IMG/VR virus record: IMGVR_UViG_3300032320_000993
Location: 1 to 56,504 of that record
DNA from: a virus
Lineage: Duplodnaviria; Caudoviricetes
Length of the DNA stretch: 56,504 bases
Direction: 5' to 3' (one strand)
Within the stretch, counting starts at the first letter, position 1, and every line of letters starts with the position of its first letter. Under the pieces are notes generated by a model. That model did no database searches. It was not told where the DNA came from and saw only the letters and a list, made by a program, of their open reading frames with translations. Below, piece by piece: positions 44,901-52,977 of this stretch. The position numbers and the translations under genes are program-made.

Positions 44901-46896
44901 CATGGGTCACAACAGGAAGCTTTCGAAGACTGATCTTGATCGCATTCACGCGGCCTCCCGCGAGGAGGGCCTTGATTTTTCGCAAACCAGCGACGGTCGC
45001 GGCGTCAAGTTTATGCACTTTGGAGACGAGGGCGATGAGTTTGACAAATTCGCAGAGTCGGCCAAAAGGGTTCAGGAAAAAGCGGGTCTGCCGCATATAC
45101 ATCACGTAAACACATCCGGGGATTTGAATTATGCACAAAGCTACCTCAGGGGCATCTTTGGCCCGCATGAAGGCGAAGCTGGAGAGTCTGGGGATTTCAG
45201 CAGCCCCTCACGACCATCCGATCTATTCGGAAGGGTTGTCGATCACGTTGTCGCACCATACGCCAAGGCGGTCGCATCGGAAGGCTACCGGCTCTCACCG
45301 GATCGGCTAAGGGATACCTACGGGCTTTCTGACGAAGAGCATGAGCAGGTCCGGAAAGCACTTCTTCCCGGATCAAAAGACCGCACCGTCGTGCCTCTTA
45401 TGGAGGGCACTGAAGACTTAGACATTCGCCCGACTGGAGACAGGGGTAAGGCGACTGTTGGGGATGCTTTGTTTGCGTTGCAGAACAGGGCTGCCGCGCA
45501 TGGCCAAATCGAGCCGGGTGACTTCAGCAAAGAGGCGATGGAAAAGATCGCCAAAGACATTGCCAAGGAAGTCGATTATCACGTCAGAACTGCCGACAAA
45601 TCCGCCATTGGCTGGTATGACGAGGCCCTGAAAAAGGCGATGACTGCCTATGAGGGCGTTTTTCCCGAACTGAAGACCGACGCCGACAAGCGCATGCTTT
45701 TCCATGCGATCCTTGGCATTACATCTCAGGGCAACGACGTCCATTCCAATTCCGTCCACACTGCGCGCCTTTACAATCTGCTGCGCGACGGCAGCATGTC
45801 GATGCCTGAGGGCGTTGAGAAAATGAAGGGCACATTTGGCGACAAAACCCGCGCCATTGAGCAGAACCTGATCAAATTCCACCATCTCGTCGATGCCAAC
45901 GGTCACGACGCCATGCGCGACCTTTTTGGTCAAAAGAAGAGCGTATCAGAGTGGAACAAAATCCTCAGGGACAACCCTGAATTGCACGGGCCTGACGGAA
46001 ATCCGCTGAGCATGCAGGGCGGTGCCAACCAAAAGGTAACCGGATGGACCGTTTTTGGCCCTAAAATTGGTTCTTTCATTAACAATCTGAGCGGTGATTA
46101 TTCCACTTTGACGGCAGACCTCTGGTTCAGCCGCACTTGGAACCGCCTCTTGGGCCATAACTTCATCCACACACCAATGGCTGAGGCAAAGCAATATCAG
46201 GACTTCCGTGACGCGCTTGTCGCTGAGCATGCCCACCACAATCCAGATCAGGCGCTGGATGAAGCCGCACCGGGCAAGACATCCAACGGTAAGGTCACCA
46301 TGAAGGGTGGCGCTCCCGCTCCTTGGGAGCATGGCAGGGACGTTGCCGGGATGGGCCGTGATGACGTTGATGCGTTGATCAATGATCCTGACAAGATGCT
46401 TGAGATGGCAAAGACGCTGTCCGACAGGTATCGCAAGGGCGGGTTCAAGGACAAAAGTGACCTCCGCCGCCGTGCCAAGAACTGGATGGAAAACCGCGAA
46501 CTTCCGGTTGCCGCCCCCCGTGGCAACAGTGAGCGTGACTTCCAGCAGAATACGGTTGAAAGGGCGCAGCGCATCCTGAAAAACAAGTATGGCAAGGACA
46601 TCACCGTTGCCGACATTCAGGCAGCCTTGTGGTTCCTTGAAAAGGACCTGTTTGGCAAGATGGGTGTGGCTTCTGAGAAAGCCGCCCCGGCAGATTACGC
46701 GGATGCCGCCCACAACACGATCAACCTGATCAACAGCGGCACGCTCTACAACGTCAAGTCGCGCCCCGGCCAAGCCACCCCAATTGCCAAAGCCTACGGC
46801 GGTGGGGTCAGGAAGGCCATGGCCGTCGCGGCAATGCCTCAGAGCAATCGGGTCCGCAGTGCCCTGATGATTGCCAAAGGGATGAAAAAGAGGTAA
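41965..46896 (+). CDS. Giant multi-module (polyvalent-type) putative virion protein with C-terminal HhH glycosylase-like domain
   Basis: 1643 aa; modules separated by GG linkers; GLRLDIPAY, DELQSDW and FGPKIGSF...TADLW motifs. Confidence 0.65.
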   Translation: MKDPKAIRKAIMTAKNIAAMVDPHFARVPLPEIGEPAPEMMMPQQFSGGGVTAGRSPELQSYAQNIGTPDFDQERYHSLIDQHKPVRPYESVPVPATEEDMLRGLTTNKHHKINAVNDYQEGHPVGLRLDIPAYTKHGVWVPTMHDLLQGGKAFSHQGAAHITDATFDMPEAQAVAVAKGRAKSPFAHIDGHLKKTPVDDIHEMAKAALDSPEWVQVGMDPERHSYFYDRSDHRKPIHRADEVLQVGPLVLAKNPVFGDPKGHAYEDGGRVGYALGGSDDSAPDYSSPDNLGLYSHAAATAASLPQAKASPDEFRNMLTNRGVKPAEFQWSGYDDAFANQPQVTREQVAAHFHENKPPIGQKEFHSREITKTQKDAIDRDFWDKKTEYQRRRDEFNAANPDQEYDPDRSEHTRLLDERYDALEALKSAGEPHHEAYMLPGGENYREVVLKHDDGGHIIKFSGNPSHLGGEPNVLTHLLMKDRTDTEGKKVLHLDELQSDWAQQGRKEGFKGDSESEKKIKSAKKAIQDFYDKLSGMESDRILGIAGDIPDENKDTVRKTISDLMGRHAEFYAQQHGVIDEHDRLHDDLERARNAYYQEHAGVTKTNPAPYVTNTNDWVDLGLKRALLEAAKGGHDRLALTPGQTAADRYDLSKHIADIQYIRDPESDTGYLLAHGHQQANLINKPVNVGELPSIIGKDVAEKLLASEPVVAGGKHTHILSGLDLQVGGEGMKKFYDEIVPKRLMRLAKMHDPDAQFSTSTVEHPKEFSDDEQPNNDRTNLRALEITPRMRESILKKGFPAYAQGGEVEGYSGGGMPPGGQTSPMASSFAAENTPSVTVSPRPGKMGGYPVRAGTMEEHEPWTYTTPQGEDQPMPPPVQHPVFNEPRMDRIHKATHKIFKSKGFNDLTEELTGLRNFNIKPIIGTWKGEIEPSFHISHPDMTPDAAEKLSHLLGFGFMQDAAVKGLHNPNPESEGIPSVYMGHNRKLSKTDLDRIHAASREEGLDFSQTSDGRGVKFMHFGDEGDEFDKFAESAKRVQEKAGLPHIHHVNTSGDLNYAQSYLRGIFGPHEGEAGESGDFSSPSRPSDLFGRVVDHVVAPYAKAVASEGYRLSPDRLRDTYGLSDEEHEQVRKALLPGSKDRTVVPLMEGTEDLDIRPTGDRGKATVGDALFALQNRAAAHGQIEPGDFSKEAMEKIAKDIAKEVDYHVRTADKSAIGWYDEALKKAMTAYEGVFPELKTDADKRMLFHAILGITSQGNDVHSNSVHTARLYNLLRDGSMSMPEGVEKMKGTFGDKTRAIEQNLIKFHHLVDANGHDAMRDLFGQKKSVSEWNKILRDNPELHGPDGNPLSMQGGANQKVTGWTVFGPKIGSFINNLSGDYSTLTADLWFSRTWNRLLGHNFIHTPMAEAKQYQDFRDALVAEHAHHNPDQALDEAAPGKTSNGKVTMKGGAPAPWEHGRDVAGMGRDDVDALINDPDKMLEMAKTLSDRYRKGGFKDKSDLRRRAKNWMENRELPVAAPRGNSERDFQQNTVERAQRILKNKYGKDITVADIQAALWFLEKDLFGKMGVASEKAAPADYADAAHNTINLINSGTLYNVKSRPGQATPIAKAYGGGVRKAMAVAAMPQSNRVRSALMIAKGMKKR

Positions 46897-46961
46897 CGTC
46901 AATACGACCACAATTTCGTGGAAGTTTATTCGCCGGTAATTCGGTAAGACAGGAGACTGTA

Positions 46962-48485
46962 ATGTCAGAGATGTCCCGCACAGCACGTCGTGCAATGCGC
47001 GCTAAAATTCACCGCCTCACGACTGCCAAGAACGGCAATGTTGACGCTTCTGACTACGGTCCTGAGCAGGTTCTGGACTCTGAGGCCAAGACCGGCATGC
47101 GTCCTATCTCGCGCCGTGCCTACAAGAAGGGCGGTAAGGTTGTTGCTGTTTCTGGCGCTGACGCCAAGCAGAACGCAGGCAAGAAGCCGCGCTCCGGCAA
47201 TAAGCACCTCACCATCGACGCGCTGGTCAATCGCAACCTCAAGGACGCAAACGAAGCCCGCGAAGGCAAGAAGCATGTCGGCGGTTTCAAGTCAGGCGGT
47301 CGCACCAAGAAGCAGTATGGCGGCATGAACGGTCGCCCGACTGAAGAGCGTGACATGATGTCGGACGCTGAGCGCAAGCTTCTTTTTGAAAGCGCAAAGA
47401 AGGATTACCCAACTCAGTCAGCACCAAAGCCCAAAACGTCCGGAGTAGCGCCCAACGCAATCCCCGGTAAAAAGCTAATTCCGGGTAAGCCTGAGTCGCA
47501 AGCAGACCCCGTTTATCGCGGTCGCAGCGTCACCATCCCAGTCAGCGACGAAGTCACGCCGCTTCGTGCCCGCAAGTCGGGCGGCAAGGCTTGGGAAGGA
47601 TCTGCCAAGGACGAAGCTCAGGACAAGAAGCTGGCCAAGAAGCACGGCATGTCGATGTCCGCGTGGGAAAAGTCCTCAATGGACAAGAAGCACGACACCC
47701 AGCACTCGACCAAGGGCCTGAAAAAGGGCGGTCGCACCGGCAAGAGCCTTGGCGGCGTCCTTAAGGACGTTGGAAAATATGGCGCTCTTGGCGCTGCTAT
47801 GGGGGGCAATGCTCCTGTCATGGGCGGTCTTGCGGCTATTGCACATCACTTCCTCAACAAAAAGAAGGGCCCTTCTGACGCCGCAGCAGGCCCAGCAGTT
47901 GCAGGCAAGAAGAGTGGTGGCGGTCTCTACGCCAACATCCACGCCAAGCAAGAGCGCATCGCGCATGGCTCAAAGGAGCGTATGCGTAAGGTTGGCAGCA
48001 AGGGCGCGCCAACAGCAGAGGCATTTGAGAAGTCTGCGCGCACTGCCAAGGCTCATGGCGGCTTTACCTCGCTGGATGGTGAATTCCAGACCCAGCAGAA
48101 GGTGACCGGTCGTCACGCTAAGATGCATGGCGGCAGCCTCTCCGGCCTTGAAATGAACAAGGGTGGTCGTGCCAAGAAGAGCGGCAAGACCAACATCAAC
48201 ATCGTGATTGCAACCGGCAAGGGTCAGCAGGGCATGCAGCCTGACATGCCGCCGCCTCCGGGCCCTCAGGGCGTTCCGATCCCAATGCCGTCATCTCCGC
48301 CTCAGGCTGGCGCACCAATGCCAATGCCCATCCCAATGCCAATGGGTGGTCCGGGTGCTGGCCCTGCGCCAATGCCGCGCAAGGCAGGGGGCCGCACATA
48401 CCGGTCCCACAAGGACATGGACGCAGGCGCTGGCAGCGGTCTGGGTCGCTTGGAAAAGACGGAGATCCAAAAGCATAAAAAGTAA
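46962..48485 (+). CDS. Lys/Gly-rich protein with ~11 xxxGG repeats; putative internal head protein
   Basis: AGGAG RBS; basic low-complexity modules separated by YKKGG/FKSGG/RKSGG and similar motifs. Confidence 0.65.
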   Translation: MSEMSRTARRAMRAKIHRLTTAKNGNVDASDYGPEQVLDSEAKTGMRPISRRAYKKGGKVVAVSGADAKQNAGKKPRSGNKHLTIDALVNRNLKDANEAREGKKHVGGFKSGGRTKKQYGGMNGRPTEERDMMSDAERKLLFESAKKDYPTQSAPKPKTSGVAPNAIPGKKLIPGKPESQADPVYRGRSVTIPVSDEVTPLRARKSGGKAWEGSAKDEAQDKKLAKKHGMSMSAWEKSSMDKKHDTQHSTKGLKKGGRTGKSLGGVLKDVGKYGALGAAMGGNAPVMGGLAAIAHHFLNKKKGPSDAAAGPAVAGKKSGGGLYANIHAKQERIAHGSKERMRKVGSKGAPTAEAFEKSARTAKAHGGFTSLDGEFQTQQKVTGRHAKMHGGSLSGLEMNKGGRAKKSGKTNINIVIATGKGQQGMQPDMPPPPGPQGVPIPMPSSPPQAGAPMPMPIPMPMGGPGAGPAPMPRKAGGRTYRSHKDMDAGAGSGLGRLEKTEIQKHKK

Positions 48486-48491
48486 CTGAGT

Positions 48492-48530
48492 TTGGGCGGT
48501 GTCGGTTGGAAGGGCACCGCCCAATATTTT
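48492..48530 (+). terminator. Rho-independent terminator
   Basis: TTGGGCGGTGTC/GGCACCGCCCAA followed by TATTTT. Confidence 0.65.
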
Positions 48531-48548
48531 ATTCTATGGAACCTATCG

Positions 48549-48746
48549 ATGAATTATAACGATCTATTTGAATTTGAGTTGCTGAAACTCGTTGAGGCGC
48601 GCATCGCCAACCTCACAGAAAACATCACGAACGCCCACGCTGTCGTTGATTATTCCGACTATAAGTACCAAGTTGGTAGGATCGCAGGCCTTCGCGAGTT
48701 TGAAGACCTGCGTGAAGAGGTTAATAAAATTATTTCTGAGCGTTAA
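48549..48746 (+). CDS. Small head-assembly-region protein
   Basis: DYSDYKYQVGRIAGL motif typical of the gene preceding phage GroES. Confidence 0.6.
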   Translation: MNYNDLFEFELLKLVEARIANLTENITNAHAVVDYSDYKYQVGRIAGLREFEDLREEVNKIISER

Positions 48747-48764
48747 ACTATGGAGAAATATTAA

Positions 48765-49157
48765 ATGCCACATATGGTTATGGCCCACGACGAAGACCCA
48801 AAGGACGTCATCCTGCGGGAATTGGGCGATATTGAAAAGTTCAAAGTGTTCCACAACGAGGTGATCGTTGCCGTATACCTGCGTCCTGAAAGGACCAAGA
48901 GCGGCATCTTCCTGACTGATCAGCACCGCGACGAAGACCGCCACCAGAGCAAGGTTGGCCTTGTCGTTAAGATGGGCTCTGAAGCTTTTGACGATCCCAA
49001 TGGAAATTGGTTTCGGGATATGGACGTCAAATTGCACGACTGGGTCGTTTATCGCCCCTCAGACGGCTGGACGATTACCGTCAACAATGTGCTTTGCCGT
49101 GCGCTAAAGGACACGAATATTCGTGGCAGCGTCCCGCACCCCGACATGATTTGGTAA
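48765..49157 (+). CDS. GroES-like co-chaperonin
   Basis: ERTKSGIFL mobile loop; GLVVKMG; DWVVY. Confidence 0.8.
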   Translation: MPHMVMAHDEDPKDVILRELGDIEKFKVFHNEVIVAVYLRPERTKSGIFLTDQHRDEDRHQSKVGLVVKMGSEAFDDPNGNWFRDMDVKLHDWVVYRPSDGWTITVNNVLCRALKDTNIRGSVPHPDMIW

Positions 49158-49167
49158 GGAGCAAAAT

Positions 49168-50055
49168 ATGTCTATTGAAGATAACACAGAAGACCAATTG
49201 GAAATTGATCTGGGTGAAGATCCCAAGTCAGCGGACGACATTATTGTCGAAAAATCAGAAGAAAAGGCCCCTTCTGACCCCGTAGAGGACACCCTTGAAG
49301 CCCTCAAGGAGCAGTTGGAAACGGAACGCAAGGCCCGTCAGGAAGCCCAGCGCCGCGCAAGCGAAGCTGAACTGTCGGCCTATGCCGCACAGGGCGAGGT
49401 GCAGGACACTAGCTTGCATCTGGTGTCAAACGCCATCGACACAGTCCGCCAGAACAACGACATTCTCAAGTCAAATTACCGCGAAGCGATGTCCATGGGC
49501 GACTATGACTCTGCGGCTGATATTCAGGCGGAGATGTCTGCGAATGCAGCCAAGCTTCTTCAGCTTGAGCAGGGCAAGCAGGCGCTGGAAACTCAACCGC
49601 GCCAGCCAGCTCCGCAGCCATATGTAGATGATCCTGTTGAGGCCTTGGCATCGCAGCTTTCGCCGCGATCTGCCGACTGGGTGCGCCGCAACCCGCAGTT
49701 CGCGACGGACCCGCGCCTGTATCAAAAGATGATTGCAGCGCACAATCTGGCTATGGCAGACGAAATCCCAGCCGACTCCGACGACTATTTTGACGCAATC
49801 GAAGATACCCTTCGCATCCGCCGTCAGGACAATAGCCGCGATTATGATGCAATGGCTGACGCTGCAAAGCCAACGCAGCGCCGGTCAGCACCGCCCGCAG
49901 CGCCCGTTTCCCGCAGCGGCGGAGGCGGCGGAAGCAAGCCAAATCGCGTAACGCTCACCGCAGCAGAGCGCGAAATGGCCAGCATGATGGGCATGACGCC
50001 TGAGGAATATGGACGCAACAAGCTTACCCTTCAGAAAGAAGGCAAGCTCAATTAA
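49168..50055 (+). CDS. Capsid scaffolding protein
   Basis: Acidic N-terminus, coiled coil and C-terminal VTLTAAEREMASMMGMTPEEY; upstream of the MCP. Confidence 0.75.
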   Translation: MSIEDNTEDQLEIDLGEDPKSADDIIVEKSEEKAPSDPVEDTLEALKEQLETERKARQEAQRRASEAELSAYAAQGEVQDTSLHLVSNAIDTVRQNNDILKSNYREAMSMGDYDSAADIQAEMSANAAKLLQLEQGKQALETQPRQPAPQPYVDDPVEALASQLSPRSADWVRRNPQFATDPRLYQKMIAAHNLAMADEIPADSDDYFDAIEDTLRIRRQDNSRDYDAMADAAKPTQRRSAPPAAPVSRSGGGGGSKPNRVTLTAAEREMASMMGMTPEEYGRNKLTLQKEGKLN

Positions 50056-50072
50056 ATTCAAGGAGTATCGTT

Positions 50073-50738
50073 ATGGAAACAATTGCACCAAAGAAGCGCG
50101 GACGCCCACCCAAGGTCAAGGAAGCCCTTGATCAGGCAGCCCAAAGCGCCGCAGAAGCCGTCAACATGCACGTCTTGGAAGAGGCATTTGAGCCCCTACC
50201 CGTGACGCAGGTCGCAACGCATGCGGACCTCACACCGACAATCCGCGAGGATATTCGGGCTCCAATGCGTGAAGAAGACCCCCGCACCCGCGCTGCGCGC
50301 CGTGCAGCAGAACTCCGCGACCACCTTGGTGACATGGATGAGGGCACGGACGACTTCTACATCAACAAGGCTGACATCCCGCCGGGTTGGGAATATGAAT
50401 GGAAGCGCAAGCTGCTTCTGGGCGCTGAGGATCCCGCGTATCAGGTCGCCTTGGCCCGCGCTGGTTGGGAGCCAGTTCCGACGTCGCGTCACCCTTCTTA
50501 CATGCCAAATAACGGAAACCATCCGATTATTGAGCGCAAGGGCATGGTCCTTATGGAGCGTCCATCGGAAATTTCTGAAGAAGCCCGTGCAATTGAACTT
50601 CGCAAGGCGCGCAATCAAGTCCGACAGAAGGAGGCCCAGCTAAATTCCGCAGAAGGCGGTCAGTTTGAGCGGGCAAATAAGGACCAATCTCTGGTCAATA
50701 TCAGGAAATCATACGACTCAATTCCAATTCCCCAGTAG
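50073..50738 (+). CDS. Conserved head-region protein with N-terminal AT-hook
   Basis: KKRGRPPK; IPPGWEYEWKR...GWEPV. Confidence 0.65.
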   Translation: METIAPKKRGRPPKVKEALDQAAQSAAEAVNMHVLEEAFEPLPVTQVATHADLTPTIREDIRAPMREEDPRTRAARRAAELRDHLGDMDEGTDDFYINKADIPPGWEYEWKRKLLLGAEDPAYQVALARAGWEPVPTSRHPSYMPNNGNHPIIERKGMVLMERPSEISEEARAIELRKARNQVRQKEAQLNSAEGGQFERANKDQSLVNIRKSYDSIPIPQ

Positions 50739-50754
50739 GGAAATCGGGTAAATC

Positions 50755-50778
50755 GGGCGGCTATATGCCGCCCTTTTT
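50755..50778 (+). terminator. Rho-independent terminator
   Basis: GGGCGGC-TATAT-GCCGCCC-TTTTT. Confidence 0.8.
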
Positions 50779-50787
50779 ATTGGAATG

Positions 50788-50905
50788 TTGACAAAGTCAC
50801 AAAAATAAACGATTTAAGGGTTCACCTCCCCCGGCGCGGAGGTTCAAAAAACCCAGTCTTAGTCGCCCCGGTGCGCGATGATGGCTTCCCAAAAGGAGAC
50901 CCGTC
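50788..50905 (+). promoter_or_regulatory. Capsid-operon promoter and structured 5' UTR with twin CCCGGYGC-loop hairpins
   Basis: TTGACA at 50788; hairpins at 50824..50843 and 50862..50879; AGGAG RBS. Confidence 0.65.
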
Positions 50906-51487
50906 ATGGCCAATACCAATGCGCCTTTCGGTTTTAGCCAGTACAGCGGTACTGGTTCTGCTCCGACTTACGAGCAGAATGTGGGCTTCTGTGCCTACAA
51001 CACGGATGCTATGTATTTCGGTGATCCCGTCTACCAGAATGCCAATGGCTCGATATATCCAACGACCCCCGGCACTGGCATCCTTGCTGGCATCTTCGTC
51101 GGCTGCAAGTATCTCTCCGTTTCGCAGAAGCGCACCGTTTGGTCGAACTTCTGGGGCGCTGCTGACGTTGCCTCGACGAACACTGTCGAAGTTTACGTTG
51201 TCAACGATCCGAATGCCAAGTTCTTGGTTCAGACGGGTTCGACGGGCGCGACTGTCGCGGCCATTGGCGCTAACGTGCAGTTTTCTTACGGTACGCCAAA
51301 CACAATGAGCGGCCTTTCGGGCGCTTTTGTGGACATCACCACCGCAGCAACCACGGCCACGCTGCCGTTCAAGGTTGTCGCCCTCGACACTAACCCTCCG
51401 GGTTCGAATGGTACGGAAGCTGGCGCATACAATTATGTAATTGTTGCGTTCAACAACGTGTCCACCAAGACCCTGACCGGCATTTAA
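50906..51487 (+). CDS. Capsid decoration/cement-like protein
   Basis: MANTNAPFGF...GIFVGC...VNDPN; immediately before the MCP. Confidence 0.7.
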   Translation: MANTNAPFGFSQYSGTGSAPTYEQNVGFCAYNTDAMYFGDPVYQNANGSIYPTTPGTGILAGIFVGCKYLSVSQKRTVWSNFWGAADVASTNTVEVYVVNDPNAKFLVQTGSTGATVAAIGANVQFSYGTPNTMSGLSGAFVDITTAATTATLPFKVVALDTNPPGSNGTEAGAYNYVIVAFNNVSTKTLTGI

Positions 51488-51501
51488 GGGAGTAAGGCAC
51501 C

Positions 51502-52416
51502 ATGGCTGTTAATCTTTCAGCAATTAAGGACCTTTTGCTCCCCGGCCTGCGGGGCGTAGAAGGCAAGTACGAGATGATCCCATCTCAGTACGACAAAATC
51601 TTCACGAAGCATGACTCGAAGCTGGCGCTCGAACGTACCGCTGAAATGCGCTACCTCGGCCTTGCTCAGTTGAAGACTGAGGGCGGTCAAACGTCCTTCG
51701 ACAACGGCGCTGGTGAGCGTTATGTGTACAACCAAGAGCACAACGAAATTGCTCTTGGCTATGCCATCACGCGCAAAGCCATCGACGATAACCTGTACAA
51801 GACGCAGTTCCAGCCTTCAAACCTCGGTCTGATTGAGTCATTCCAGCAGACTAAGGAAATCTACGGCTCGAACATCTTGAACACGGCCACAACCTACAAT
51901 GCCAACATTGGCGGTGACGGCGTCGCGCTTTGCTCGACATCCCACCCCATTGACGGTGGTACGGTTGCCAACAAGCCCACGACTGACGTTGATCTGAACG
52001 AAGCTACGCTGTTGAACGCGATGATCGCGATCCGCACGAACTTCAAGGATCAGGCTGGCCTGAAGGTCTTCGCCCGTGGCCGCAAGCTTATCGTCCCGCC
52101 GCAGCTTGAGCCTGTCGCTATCCGCCTCACCAAGACGGAACTCCGTCCGGGTACGGCTGACAACGACGTCAACGCCATCCTCAGCACCAGCGGTGGCCTT
52201 CCAGAAGGCTACATGGTCAACGACTTCTTGACGTCGGCCTACGCTTGGTTCCTCCTGACCAATATCGACGGCCTGTCGTATATGGAGCGCGTCAAGTTCG
52301 AAACCGACATGCAGGTCGATTTCGTAACCGACAACCTTCTGGTCAAGGGCTATGAGCGTTATAGCTTCGGCTATTACAACTGGCGTTCGATCTTCGGTTC
52401 GTTCCCAACGTCGTAA
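51502..52416 (+). CDS. Major capsid protein (HK97 fold, Mu gpT-like)
   Basis: LLPGL, KTEGG, ALGYAIT, GGDGVAL...HP, KLIVPPQL and ERYSFG motifs; strong codon bias. Confidence 0.9.
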   Translation: MAVNLSAIKDLLLPGLRGVEGKYEMIPSQYDKIFTKHDSKLALERTAEMRYLGLAQLKTEGGQTSFDNGAGERYVYNQEHNEIALGYAITRKAIDDNLYKTQFQPSNLGLIESFQQTKEIYGSNILNTATTYNANIGGDGVALCSTSHPIDGGTVANKPTTDVDLNEATLLNAMIAIRTNFKDQAGLKVFARGRKLIVPPQLEPVAIRLTKTELRPGTADNDVNAILSTSGGLPEGYMVNDFLTSAYAWFLLTNIDGLSYMERVKFETDMQVDFVTDNLLVKGYERYSFGYYNWRSIFGSFPTS

Positions 52417-52471
52417 TCAATCGGCACCCCCTCTCTTAACGGGGAGGGGGTAACCTTAAAGGAGGTTCCCA

Positions 52472-52966
52472 ATGGGTACTACTACTTTTACCGGGCCGAT
52501 TAGGGCGGGCAACGTGCTTAACAGTGACGGCACTGGCAATCTTGCCGGTGCTGGCGGTGATAGCGGTATAGCCAACGTAGGCTATGTGGTTATGGCCCAG
52601 TCTGAGCAAATCACGCAAGCCACTAATGGGGCGACTGCTGGTGTTTACACGACTTCGATTGTAATCCCTGCTAATAGTGAAATCCTCACCATCCGTCTGT
52701 TGGTTTCAACTGCTTGGACGGGCGCTGCAACAACGCTGGGTATCGGCACCACGGCTTCGGCTACGGCTCTGACCGCTGCTGGCGCTGTTGCTGGCGGCAC
52801 CAAGGGTATCGTTGCTGCCAACCCCGGCACTGTCGATGCAGCTATTGCCAATTGGCGCGATGTCGGTTCAACTGACATTCAGGTCTTGGTTACATCCACA
52901 AATACGGGTAGCGGCGTCGGTGTTTTGACCGTCACTTACATCCAGTCCAATAACCTCACGGTATAA
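52472..52966 (+). CDS. Putative capsid decoration/spike protein
   Basis: AAGGAGG RBS; TTTFTGPIRAG; follows the MCP. Confidence 0.6.
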   Translation: MGTTTFTGPIRAGNVLNSDGTGNLAGAGGDSGIANVGYVVMAQSEQITQATNGATAGVYTTSIVIPANSEILTIRLLVSTAWTGAATTLGIGTTASATALTAAGAVAGGTKGIVAANPGTVDAAIANWRDVGSTDIQVLVTSTNTGSGVGVLTVTYIQSNNLTV

Positions 52967-52977
52967 GGAGACTCGTC

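Noticed and set aside
45946-46995. Long antisense ORFs (also 38108..39010, 41036..41893, 19109..19924, 55977..56477)
   Set aside because: They are shadows of GC-rich sense genes with no recognisable motifs; the PVGPVA repeats are simply the reverse complement of collagen codons.
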